From positions 1-64,000 of the forward strand of contig CAVPRW010000007.1 in NCBI GenBank assembly GCA_963707985.1: a DNA stretch of 64,000 nucleotides, read 5' to 3'. Numbering within the stretch: position 1 is the stretch's first letter; every line of letters begins with the position of its first letter. A program made the position numbers and the translations under genes. This DNA is from an uncultured Nitrospinota bacterium. GTDB taxonomy: Bacteria; Tectomicrobia; Entotheonellia; J063; CAVPRW01. Below, one piece after another: positions 10,801-21,540 of this stretch. Under the pieces are notes generated by a model that did no database searches, had not been told where the DNA came from, and worked only from the letters and a program-made list of their open reading frames with translations.

Positions 10801-13800
10801 ATGAGGTCGGCGTCAAAGGCGTGGTATTGCTGGGACATGGCCCCTACGTATACCCCCACCCGTGATTGATAGCGCGCTCGCAAAAGCTCCCTGGTGTGGC
10901 TCGCATTTTCCAAGAGGTGCCAAGTGCATTCGAGGAAGAGACGCTCCTGGGGGTCCATGAGTTCCGCATCGCGCGGCGAGATGTTGAAGAAGAGCGGATC
11001 GAAACGGTCGACCTCTTCCAGGAAGCCGCCCCATTTGCTGTAGGCCTGACCAGACGTGTTCTTATCCGGGGAGAAATAGTGACGGTGGTCCCAGCGGTCC
11101 GAGGGGACCTCGGTGATACAGTCGCGTCCCGTGCGCAGGTTGTCCCAAAACTCATCAAGCGTGTTTGCCATAGGGTAACGGCCGGCCAGTCCGATCACGG
11201 CGATGTCTGCGGAGTTTTTTGTCAGGGGGGGCTGAGACGCGGCGAAACGCGGGCGTCCACGGTTGATGGCCGGCGCGAGGGGTGCAGCAGCGACGGGTGT
11301 GGCACCTGTAGCCGGAACGACCTCTGGTTCGAGGCCGAGCACGGCCTGGAGTTGGTCCGCGTGCGAGGCCAGGAAATAGTCGGTCAAGGTCTGAAGGTCC
11401 GGGTATTCGAAAAGGAGGGTTTTCGAGAGAGAACCAAAGGGCTTTTCCAACTGAGAGATCAATTGCATGGCCGTGACCGAATCCATGCCGTATTCTCCCA
11501 AAGACGCATCCACCTCTAGACGATGCCCTGGCACCCCAAGGACTGGAGGCAATCAGTTTCGTGAGGTAGGCAGCGGTTTTTTCCCGCAACACAGCTCCGG
11601 TCACGGCCCTGACTGAGGCAGGTAGATCCCCTTTCCCTCCACTGTAGGGGAGGGTCGGAATGGGGGAAGGAAATTGCCCCGTAACGCTGTCCGTCAGGTC
11701 TTCAGACGTGTCCAGCACGCGCAGGGAAAACCCCCGCATACGCACGCACACCGCCCCGCTCTCATCGCAAACATCGATGTCGAGTTCACGACCCTTGCTC
11801 TGTGCCGTTGTCGTATCCCCTGGTCCGGTCCCGGCATAGCGCACCCAGGCCCACATCGCAGCGCTACATTCACCTGCAATGCTGAGCTCTCGCAAGGTAA
11901 AGGGCAGGGTTGGCCTGGACGCCTCAGCGACACCTGCCGGGGCGGTGGCGGCAGCTGAGCCAAGTAGCCCCAGTGTCGCCTGGAAGGCTGCATCCATCAG
12001 GCTAGGGTGGAGCACGAAGCCGGCGTCCGTGTCGAGGAGATGGTCCGGCACGGCCAGTCTTGCCAGGACTTGTCCCGACCCCACATACAGGCGTCGCATG
12101 CCCCGATGTCCGGCGCCATAGTCGATGCCCCTGGCCGCGAAGGCCTCATAGCATTGGTGGGCATCCATGCCGCCCTGATCGCATTGGGCTTGCAGCGCGG
12201 CCAGATCCAGGCGCGGGGTGTCTGCCGCAACCCCCAAGAAAGCCCGACCCCGGCTGTGCACGACGCGTGCGGCGGCCTCGTCCAGGGTGTAGATTTCGTA
12301 GGCGATAGGGACCGACCGATTAGCCTGTTTTCCTGATTCCTCGGGAAAGAGGCCGATGTGCACCTCGACTGGCGTGTCCCCCACCATGAGCGGTCGCATC
12401 CACATCACGTCTGCCAGGAAGACCGCCGCCGGACCTTCCTGCAAAGAACCAGCAGCCCGCTGCACGGCCTCACGAGCGATTTCGAGAGAGGCCACCCCGG
12501 GCAGGACCTTCTGGCCCCGAACCACATGATCGGCCAGGAAAAACTCCCGGCCGTTGAACGTGGAGCTGAAGCGCTGCTCGCTGAGGTTCGAGGTGTTGTG
12601 ATGCAGCAGGGGGTGGAGGGTTGCCGGGATCTCCGTCGGGCCGCCAGCCTCCAGGCCAGTCCTCGTGGTGACGCGATGTGCCCAATACCGTTCTTTGGCA
12701 AAGGGGTATGTGGGCAGGCTCATACGCTGGGGGCGGTCTCGATGGGGACGACTATCCGCCGCCCGATGGCGTAAGAGTGTGTCCCAATCGATGGTCAGTC
12801 CCTTGACCCAAAGGCTTAAAAGCTTGTCGTATTTGCCTTTGTCGATCCAGCTGCCAAGGGCGAGTTGGAGGTCTTCGTCCGAGGCCAACAGGCTCAGGTC
12901 GGGTGGCGTGCTGGCGGGCGATGCGCCGGCCGCGCGGCCGCGAAACAGGTCTGGCACATCGTCGCGTCCTTCCAGGAAAAGCGCCAATTGGTCAGCTAGT
13001 TCGGCTGGGGAACGCGCCATGAGGGCCAGGCGCTCTTCCATGGCCTCACGTCCCATCTGCAGCGTGTAAGCCATGTCGGCAAGATCGTGGTCGGACCATG
13101 CACGACCCTCTTCCTGAAGCACGGCTAATAAACGCCGTACGCGCTCCTTGAGCTGCTCCTCATGTTTGGCCGACAGCACAATCAGCTCCGGTCGTGTCGT
13201 ACTGGCACCGTTCGCGTCCATCCGGTCGGGACGCCGCGATGGCGAAGAATCTCCCGCCCCATCTGCGATGTACTCTTCAATGATCAGATGCGCATTGGCG
13301 CCCCCGGCCCCGAAGGAGGAGATGCCCGCTATTCTTGGGAAATCCCGCATATCGCCATCGATCTCAAGCCGTGGCCGGGGCCAGGCGGCCAGTTCCTGTT
13401 GGACGACGAAGGGGGAATGTTCGAAATCGATGCCAGGGTTGAGCACGGCGGCATGCAACGAAGGCACAAGTTGGCGGTGCTGGAGCTGAAGCAGGACCTT
13501 GGTGACGCCGGCGATGCCCGCCGCACTCTCCAGGTGGCCGATATTCGATTTTACGGATCCGATGCGGCAAAACTGTGTGTCGCCAGACCGTGCCGTACCC
13601 GTGGCCTGACCGAAGGCCTGGGTAAGAGCAGCGATTTCGATCGGATCCCCCAGTGCCGTGCCCGTGCCGTGGGCTTCTACATAACTGACGGTGCGTGGAT
13701 CGACTCCAGTTCGTCGAAAAGCCTCGGCGATCAGGCGTGCCTGGGCCCTAGGATTGGGCACGGTATAGCCGTTGGTTTTGCCGCCCGCATTGACCATGCT

Positions 13801-15493
13801 GCCCTTGACCACGCCATAGATGTGGTCATGATCCTCAAGCGCCCTTGCGAGGGGTTTTAAGAGCACAACCCCCACGCCCTCGCCGGCCACAAAGCCATCG
13901 GCCTGGTCGCCAAAGGCCTTGCACTGATCCGTTGGTGATAACATGGTCATCACCGCTAGGCCCTGGTAGTGGATCGGGTCCACGATCAAATTGACGCCAC
14001 CTGCAATGGCGCAGTCGCAGGTGCCACGGTACAGGCTCTCCAGGGCCAGATGGACGGCCGTCAACGACGAGGAACAGGCGGTGTCGACGGCGATGCTGGG
14101 GCCCTGTAAATCGAAGAGATAGGAGACCCGATTGGCGATCGACCAGTACCTGGCATTGGCCCCATAGGTGCTGTTCATGACACCCACAAAGACGCCGATG
14201 CGCCTATCCGACCGCTCGGATGCTGCACCGCGTCCATTGAGTGTCGCAGGTGTGTATCCCGCATCCTCGATGGCGGCATAGGCCTCCTCGATGAATAAAC
14301 GCTCCTGTGGGTCCATGTTCTGGGCTTCCGCGGGTGAAATGCGGAAGAACAGGGGATCGAACTTATCGATCTCGGATAAAAACCCACCCCACTTGGTGTA
14401 GATCGAACCGAGCTTCCCCTTTTCCGCATCGAAATAGGCCCGCCAATCCCAGCGATCGTTAGGGATTTCCGTAATGCCATGGCGGCCTGCTTTGAGATTT
14501 TCCCAAAACTGCGCCAGGTTATCCGCACCAGGGTATCGCCCCGACAGGCCGATAATCGCTACATCGAACACGTCTTGATGGGGCGAGGATGCCCACGTGG
14601 GGGTGGTCAGGCGCTGGCGAACCTCTATAGCGGCTGTCGTGCTCTGCTGCCGGTCGATTTCAACCCCCAAAGCGGGTGCAACATCAGGGGTGGTGGCCGG
14701 TGTTGCTGCTCTGGCCCCCCGGTTCAGTAGCTCTTTGAGCCTCTCCGCATGGTACGTCAGAAAATATTCCGTTAACTCCCCCAGACTCTGGTACTCGAAG
14801 AACAAGGTTTTTGGCAGCGAGCCGAAGACCTTCTCCAACTGGCTGGTCAGCTCCACCACGAGAACTGAATTGATGCCGTACTGTTCCATAGAGGCGTTGG
14901 CGTCGAGGCTCTGCAAGGGGATCTTGAGGGAGGTAGAGAGCACTTGTTTGAAGTAATGGATGGCCATGGCGCGGAAATGATCTGTTACGGTCCGCTCTGG
15001 AACGGAGGACGACACGGGTATGCTGGTTGCAGCGACGGTGCTTAGCTGACTGCCTTCTGCTTGGAAGCGTTCACGCAAGATGTCCCCCAACGTATCGACC
15101 AGATACCTGGCAACGCCTTGGAGGGTGGGATAGTCACGCAGCAAGTCAGGGGTCAAGGCAAGACCGTAGTCCTCACTAATGTGCCGGAACAATTCGGCTA
15201 GCTTGACCTGATCAAAGCCGTACTCGTGTAGCTTCACATCGCCATCGATATCAACTGCGTCCACCTTGATCACACGGGATGCTGACTGGGTTAACGTCGC
15301 GAGAACAGTTGCCAGCAGATCGCTGTCCGCGGTAGCGCTGAACTTCGTCGGCATCTCACGCACCGGATCCGTACTGTCGCTCAGAGCCTTGTTGATATTG
15401 CGCCTTCCAGCTTTTGAACTGTTGCGCCGCTTCTTCCGGGCTGATCTCCCGTGCTTTGACACGCGCATACAAGGCTTGTAATTGCGGATCCAT
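1863..15493 (-). CDS. Hybrid trans-AT PKS/NRPS megasynthase, reconstructed across frameshifts at about 15370, 11545, 10000 and 7690
   Basis: ORFs 11155..15714, 9672..11552, 7541..9796 and 1863..7652 join mid-domain; KS motifs DTACSS, DH motif HVVRGQKVLP, no AT domain, A-domain cores YTSGSTG/YGPTE, C motif HHIVFDG, two GHSFGG thioesterases; likely start ATG 15493 after GGAG. Confidence 0.88.
9147..9242. repeat. REP-like inverted pair inside PKS linker
   Basis: ccctctccc-tcc-gggagaggg hairpin followed by tcagggtgagag, with a degenerate inverted copy (ccctcacctgagccctc...) at about 9210-9242; translates as HPDPLPEGEG. Confidence 0.6.
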
Positions 15494-16270
15494 CGCCCGC
15501 TCTCCCGACTGGCTCTATCCGGATATCGATACTGATGGCGAATACATGGGGATTCGCTCGTATCCTGCACGCTGAACGACAAGAACGCGATGTTTTGCAC
15601 TCGACTGCAGTGACGCTGTCGCTGGGCATCCCCCGGTTTGGACTGGGCCGCTTTCATATTCGTGGCATGGCCAGAGTCGATGCTCATGACTACGCCATAG
15701 AACTGCTCCGGCAAAAAACCACCTGGCGGCCATTCATAAAGCTACGCCTCCAGAGAGCTGCCAATCCTCATGGGCCAGGCCTGCGAGCGGATTATCGAAC
15801 AAGATGGTAAAACGCTGCTCCAATCCCTTGAATGTCGTGTGCGGTCTACGCCCTGCCCCCACTGCGCCGGGTGGAGGGGTAAATTTCCTGCAGGCCCTCG
15901 TCCGCCCGTCGGACAGGTGGAAGCCGTCGGTGCGCTTGCCTTCCATCAGCGACGTGCCGTACTGTTGGAGGTAGTCACGGGGCTTCTGGCGGCGTCGTTG
16001 TTCGGCGTGTTGCGCTCGCTCCTACTTGCTCTGCCGCAGTCGCTTGTGGTATCCGCTGGCATGGGGCATGGCTGACTCCTCCATCCTCTTGTTTGAGTGC
16101 GATTCTCCTGTGGAGGAAACCATGGCTAGGTTTGTACATGATTTCAAGTGCTTTCATGATCTCTAGGCCACTCTGCCGCATCTATGGCTGTCTGCGAGAA
16201 GCCACGGAAAAGTCAGAGCCCATCGAGCATGCTCGTCGAACGGATCCGGACGACGAATGCCTAGCCTCCT

Positions 16271-17491
16271 TCACCCACGATCCGGGCGCAGCCCGTACGT
16301 CACCAGCCCAGCCGTCAGCAACACACCTGCCGCCGTGATCCAGGAAGGCAGTTCATAGCCATACCGTCCGACCAGCATGCCGATGAGCCATGGAGCCAAC
16401 ACGACCGCCCCATCGACCAGAAAGCGATACACCCCCATAGTGTGGCGTAACCGCTCCCCACGCGCCAACTGCGCCAGTGCCGCCGAGGGCATGCCCCAGG
16501 CCGCAAAGCTGGTATGAATGCCGATCGACACCAGGAGCAACCCTCCTAAGCTTCGCGCCTGGGGGAAGCAGGTCAGGACGAGCGTCATCAGCAACATCGC
16601 TGGTCCCAGCACAACGCGGTAATCGAGCCGATCCGCCAACCATCCTACCGGCAGTAGAAGCGCTAGGTCGACCAAGAGCCCCGCTGTGAGGATCATGCCC
16701 AGCGTTGACGTTGACACTCCAACCACTTCGCCCCCGTAAAGCGGAATAGCGGTCGAGAGAAAGCCAGACCAGGTAAAAGACAAAATGAACGCCGCGAGAT
16801 AGGCGATCAAAATGGCCCTCATGTGTGATGGGCGGGTTCCCGCCTTGTCTGCGTGCGGTGGAGGCGTCGGGGTGGGGTCATCGTCGGACGCCGACTTCCG
16901 CGTGAGGGCGCGTATGTCCTCCTCCAATGCTTGTCGAGTGAAAATCACCCAGGCGAACGCACCCACGACGAATACCGCTCCCAGGGCAAATGCAGCGCGC
17001 CAGTGAATTAGCGAGGCCATTAGCCCGGACAATGTCGGACTGACGGCGCTGCCGCCGATCGCCGAGAATTCCAAGAGGTTATTGGCGCGTCCCTGGGCGG
17101 TCAATGGGGTCGATTCAATGATGACAGTGAGCCCCGCCAACGTCGTAATGCTGATGCCAAGCCCGGATAGTACACGGGCGCTGACTAACCAGTAGAAACT
17201 AGGCGCCAAGGCGCAGAGAAGCGATCCGAGACCGCTCATCATGATCCCCAGCAAGAGCAATCTGAACACCGGGATACTACCGAGTAGATAGGCGGCCATG
17301 ATGTCCATGGCCACACGGCTTAGGCCAAACATAGAGATGAGCAATCCGAGTTCGCCGTAGCCGACGTGGAACGTCTCCCGTAGCAGGGGGAGAAGCGGGC
17401 TCAGGACCCCGCCTTGAGCGAAGGCGAGCAAGAAACGCATGGGGCAGATCGTCCATGCGGCCGGATAGGCGGCCAGTGGGTGTGACCTCAC
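16271..17491 (-). CDS. MFS transporter
   Basis: About 12 hydrophobic segments; GWLADRL motif A. Confidence 0.88.
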   Translation of the reverse strand: MRSHPLAAYPAAWTICPMRFLLAFAQGGVLSPLLPLLRETFHVGYGELGLLISMFGLSRVAMDIMAAYLLGSIPVFRLLLLGIMMSGLGSLLCALAPSFYWLVSARVLSGLGISITTLAGLTVIIESTPLTAQGRANNLLEFSAIGGSAVSPTLSGLMASLIHWRAAFALGAVFVVGAFAWVIFTRQALEEDIRALTRKSASDDDPTPTPPPHADKAGTRPSHMRAILIAYLAAFILSFTWSGFLSTAIPLYGGEVVGVSTSTLGMILTAGLLVDLALLLPVGWLADRLDYRVVLGPAMLLMTLVLTCFPQARSLGGLLLVSIGIHTSFAAWGMPSAALAQLARGERLRHTMGVYRFLVDGAVVLAPWLIGMLVGRYGYELPSWITAAGVLLTAGLVTYGLRPDRG

Positions 17492-17862
17492 TCCTCGCTC
17501 CCCGCTTCCGGTATCACGCTCGAAGAGTTTGGAGAGGGCGTCCCCATTTCTCCTCCGGCGGCGGGTCGATCGAAGGTGACGATGTGCGTCTCACGAGGCT
17601 TGGCAGGAATCGGCTGGACGATGCGCCTGAGCTCAAGTTGAATCAACTCGAGAGTGTTTGGTAATGGAATACATTCGAGGACGATACGGACACCAGGGTC
17701 ATCGCGATGGGCATCAAAGTGAATATCATAGACAATCCCCAGATTCCGCAAAATTGGGATGATTTGACTCTCGATCTCCCGCACACGATGTGGGGGCAGG
17801 CGTTCGCAGTCCGTCAGGAAGTGAGTATGCAGCCAGGTGTATCGGCGATCTAAGATGTTCAT
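17488..17862 (-). CDS. Hypothetical protein
   Basis: 124 aa ORF overlapping the MFS start; protein-like composition. Confidence 0.6.
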   Translation of the reverse strand: MNILDRRYTWLHTHFLTDCERLPPHRVREIESQIIPILRNLGIVYDIHFDAHRDDPGVRIVLECIPLPNTLELIQLELRRIVQPIPAKPRETHIVTFDRPAAGGEMGTPSPNSSSVIPEAGSEE

Positions 17863-17975
17863 AGTGGTTCATCAAGTCCATCAGGGGGCAGGGACAAGCC
17901 AGTATTGGCAAGCCGGCTCAGCACCTCTCGTTCAGTCCGTCATAATCAGCAGAATTAGCCACACGCTCGTCAGCT

Positions 17976-18731
17976 CTACCTCGCGCCCTCGTCCTCTCCT
18001 ATTAAGCTAGGGAGGAAAAGATGAGTGCCATGAACGATCGTTACCAACTCACGTAAGGAGCTAATTATTGGACAATCGGCCTGTTGTGAGCCACGCCGAC
18101 GTAACCAGACGGCATACATGCCCGCCTGTTGTGCCCCAACGACATCCTGCTGATAACTATCACCGACATGCAGGACTTCGCTCGCCGGGACGCCAGCTTG
18201 CTCGATCGCCGATTCAAAGATGCGCCGGTGGGGTTTCTCCCACCCTACAACAGCTGACAGGATCACATGGTTAAAATAGGGCATGAGCCTGAGCTTTTCC
18301 AGTAAGGGTCCCAGACGGATGTCCCAGTTGGAGAGCACCCCCATGATCAGGCCTTGTGCTCTTAGGGCCTGTAATACCTCGAAGACCTCTGGATACACGC
18401 GCCAGACATCAGGCTCTGCAAACAATCGATAGAGCTCATCAAAAAAAATATCGAAAGGGTGTGGCATACCCAGGGGGCGGAACGTCTCGGCCACCAGCGC
18501 ATGCCACCAGCGGCGACCATCCGCTTCGCCGATGCCGTAACGCACCGGATCGTCCACCGCCTTGACTTGCAATGCCTCCCAACTACGACGAAATTGCGTC
18601 TGTACGTCGGCAGCACTAGCGTTAACCCCGTACTTTCGGGCTGTGCGGGCATACAGTTCGCCGACGGGGGGGTCGGGATAGAGCAGCGTATTCGCCGCAT
18701 CGAAAAAGACTGCACTGAATCGTTTTGTCAC
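17976..18731 (-). CDS. HAD-IA family hydrolase
   Basis: FFDAANTL, LSNWD, EKPHRRIF, HVGDSYQQDVVGA motifs. Confidence 0.9.
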   Translation of the reverse strand: MTKRFSAVFFDAANTLLYPDPPVGELYARTARKYGVNASAADVQTQFRRSWEALQVKAVDDPVRYGIGEADGRRWWHALVAETFRPLGMPHPFDIFFDELYRLFAEPDVWRVYPEVFEVLQALRAQGLIMGVLSNWDIRLGPLLEKLRLMPYFNHVILSAVVGWEKPHRRIFESAIEQAGVPASEVLHVGDSYQQDVVGAQQAGMYAVWLRRRGSQQADCPIISSLRELVTIVHGTHLFLPSLIGEDEGAR

Positions 18732-19134
18732 ACCGTCATCCTCTGGATTGCAGAGCCAGGAGAGCTTCTACACCATGGCGCAGCGAACTTATGATCTGGT
18801 CTATCCTGCGGTAGAGCCTTGCCTCTAGACAACGCATGGAGCTACCGGCAGAGTGTATCACAATCATGGCGCCTAGGACAATGAGCGGCGTATTCGCGAG
18901 GGCTCGGCAGCATTTGATCGCCTTGGCAAATGCTGATCTCTCAGCCGTAAACGGATCCTACGGGACCTGCTTCGGGAGGCGGAGGGGATTGTTCCTCAGA
19001 TTGGCACGATGTGCCCCATCGAGAAATGGGGTGAGAGGATGTTGACTCGATGCTGAAGGGGACAGTGCGCCTCGGCCCACCATCCCCCCTTGAGATACGC
19101 TAGAAGATCTCTCTTGAGTAATAATCACCTTCAC

Positions 19135-19846
19135 TTAAGATAGAAGACCCTTGAAGAAAGAGAAGCATGCTTGTGGAATTGCCACAATCTTCAGAGCGAT
19201 GCGCTTCAGAGCCAGCAGGAGCGAACGGAGGCTGATATGGGAGAGCTCATCGCGTCGCGTACTCTTCGGATCGATACAATACCTATCGTCCCCCACTGCT
19301 AAACCCATTATCCCCGGTTTCACGGTAAGACGGACCGGAAAGCGAGGAATATCGCCGTCGAGTTGCTGGAGGAAGAGGGGTCGAACCGGTCGAGGTCCCA
19401 CGAAATTCATTTCGCCTTTGAGTACGTTGACAAGTTGTGGCAGTTGGTCGAGTTTCGTACGCTTCAACAACCTGCCGATCCGGGTGTAATTGGCATCACG
19501 GTCAGTCAGCAGCGACGCGCCGATCTTCTCCGTCAGCGTCAGCACGTAGGGTACAGAATTCATAAATCGTAAAAATGCGTCCATCTTTGCCGACACGCAG
19601 CCCTCGGTATAGTATCGGCCCCCAGCTCGTTAACTTGATCATCAGGCCGATGACCAGGAACAGTGGTGCCAGCAGCAGTAGGCTCACAGCGGCGCAGCCA
19701 TACTGCATGATGTCAGACACAGGGCTCGCCCTCACGGAGGTGGGCGCCGAGTACCCGCCGAGGCTGGAGAACTGCGCCATCAGGAGCGTGTTGTTCACTG
19801 CATCCGTCATGTGCATGTTGTACCTCGTCCGCAAAAGCTGTGTCAT
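19135..19846 (-). pseudogene. Bacterial sugar transferase (polyprenyl-phosphate glycosylphosphotransferase), frameshifted near 19550
   Basis: GPILYRGLRVGKDGRIFTIYEF in one frame; TRIGRLLKRTKLDQLPQLVNVLKGEMNFVGPRP in the next; several conserved residues drifted. Confidence 0.75.
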
Positions 19847-19932
19847 CCGCCGAGCTCAGCCGCTGGCCAGCACTCGGGGGCGAAGTTGTCTGCTGATTCG
19901 TCCGACCCCGATGGTCCTAACTCTTGCGTAAC

Positions 19933-20262
19933 CTACGCAGCGGAGACCGCAGGGGTGGTCTGCTTCAATTGTTGTTGATGGGCCTTGAGCGTCCGGTTGG
20001 TACGGACCAATGCCTTATGAAGGTGCCACAGGCTAGAAGTCGCCTCTTCCAGGACATGCACCTGGGCTGCCACCTTATCCTCATAGGCCAGGGCGTCCTG
20101 CGCCTCGAGTTGCTTCCACACTTTTAGGAGACGGGTCACAACGATGTGTCCCCATTCTAACGCCAACCGGTCATGCGCTACTTCCGCTTGGACGGCTACT
20201 GCCTCCGTCAAGTCCGCTACGGTTTGGCCAACGTTTAACTGCTCCATACCCTGCTCTCCCAT
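19933..20262 (-). CDS. Small coiled-coil protein, possibly FlgN-like
   Basis: Helical 109 aa ORF directly downstream of flgM; FlgN suggestion rests on synteny only. Confidence 0.4.
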   Translation of the reverse strand: MGEQGMEQLNVGQTVADLTEAVAVQAEVAHDRLALEWGHIVVTRLLKVWKQLEAQDALAYEDKVAAQVHVLEEATSSLWHLHKALVRTNRTLKAHQQQLKQTTPAVSAA

Positions 20263-20266
20263 TAGC

Positions 20267-20542
20267 TTATGATGTGAACATTTCGACCAGCGCCTCTCGC
20301 ATCATTTTCTCGGCAATTTGCGCGGAACTGACACAGTAGTCACCATTCTCTACCGCGTGCCTTAGGTGTGCTATCTTATCCGCGCGGGCATGTGGGCTGG
20401 GCGCGAACACTTGCTCACTAGGCCGACATTCCTGGTCGATTCGTGCACGCTGCGCGTCTACCTTCGCCTGGGATGGGCTCACCGGTAGGTATAGCTCAGC
20501 TTGCCAACGGCGTCGTCGCTGTCGATTGAAGGCGCGTAGCAC
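20267..20542 (-). CDS. flgM: Anti-sigma-28 factor FlgM
   Basis: RADKIAHLRHAVENGDYCVSSAQIAEKMM matches the FlgM C-terminal signature. Confidence 0.75.
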   Translation of the reverse strand: MLRAFNRQRRRRWQAELYLPVSPSQAKVDAQRARIDQECRPSEQVFAPSPHARADKIAHLRHAVENGDYCVSSAQIAEKMMREALVEMFTS

Positions 20543-21076
20543 AGGGAAAATCCTGATACATCATTGGACATATTCCTCATAAGGCTGTATATAGCCAGTT
20601 GACAGCCAGGCAGCAGGGGAGCCCTACCCCACATTGTTGAAACGTCTGTGACCACGCTCAGGCCTATCCCAGGAGCAGTGCACTGATGACAGGCAATAGC
20701 GTTTTGCCACGGAAGAGAGGGCAAGATGTATGCCGCATGTGGAAACCATGGATGCAAGCTTCTGGCTACCAGCGTAAGTGATGAATTTCTTAAGGACGTT
20801 ACTTAATGTCATAATGTGACAGATAGAAGGGATAAAACATCAAGGAGTTTCCAAAGTGAGACGCTATGTGGAATAATGCACAAATAAGTCTATGAATACA
20901 ATCACTTAAGAGACTTCTCAGGAATGAGACAGCGATCGCGGTAGTGAGATGGCCATGACGCTGCCCCATCGTGCTGTCATGAGGCGACTACTTAGTCGAG
21001 GTCAGACAGACCTCCTCAGGTCGGATAAATACTGCTCCACAGGAGGTCGATGTTGAGAATGACGGGAGGGAGAACT

Positions 21077-21460
21077 ATGCGAACCTCGATTTTGGCGTTT
21101 CTGGCAGCTCTGCTGCTGACACACATGCTTGGTCTGGTTGACGCCGACCAACTTCAGCCACTGATCGATGACGTCAAGTCAGCGGAGACAGCGACCGCGC
21201 TCAAGGCGATCAAAGGACTAGAGGACAGCCGTGACATCCGTGCGCTGCCACCCCTACTTGCGGCCTTACGTGATGAGCGCGGCGTGGTGCGGCAGTACGC
21301 GGTTGAGGCCCTGCAACACCTGGTCCGAACCCTCGACACCGTATACTATGTCGCCAAACGCTGGCTGCAATCGCTCATCGATCAGCTCCGGTCCGACCCG
21401 TCAGACAGTGTAGTCACCACCGTCCGACGACCTCTTGACCGGCTCGACAAAAAAGCATAG
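21077..21460 (+). CDS. Secreted HEAT-repeat protein
   Basis: Signal-like N-terminus; RALPPLLAALRDERGVVRQYAVEAL. Confidence 0.7.
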   Translation: MRTSILAFLAALLLTHMLGLVDADQLQPLIDDVKSAETATALKAIKGLEDSRDIRALPPLLAALRDERGVVRQYAVEALQHLVRTLDTVYYVAKRWLQSLIDQLRSDPSDSVVTTVRRPLDRLDKKA

Positions 21461-21540
21461 CCTGGCATGCACACCCACGTAGGGCAGTCAGCCGAGTGCT
21501 GGTGAACGACTCTTGCGTGCTCACAACTGGAGGAGGGACC

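Noticed and set aside
15494..15714. N-terminal extension of ORF 11155..15714
   Set aside because: Arg/Ser-rich sequence that does not look like protein; a better start with RBS and docking-like helices lies at 15493 in another frame
20690..20712. TGGC...TTGC upstream of flgM as a sigma54 site
   Set aside because: GG-to-GC spacing is 12 rather than the required 10
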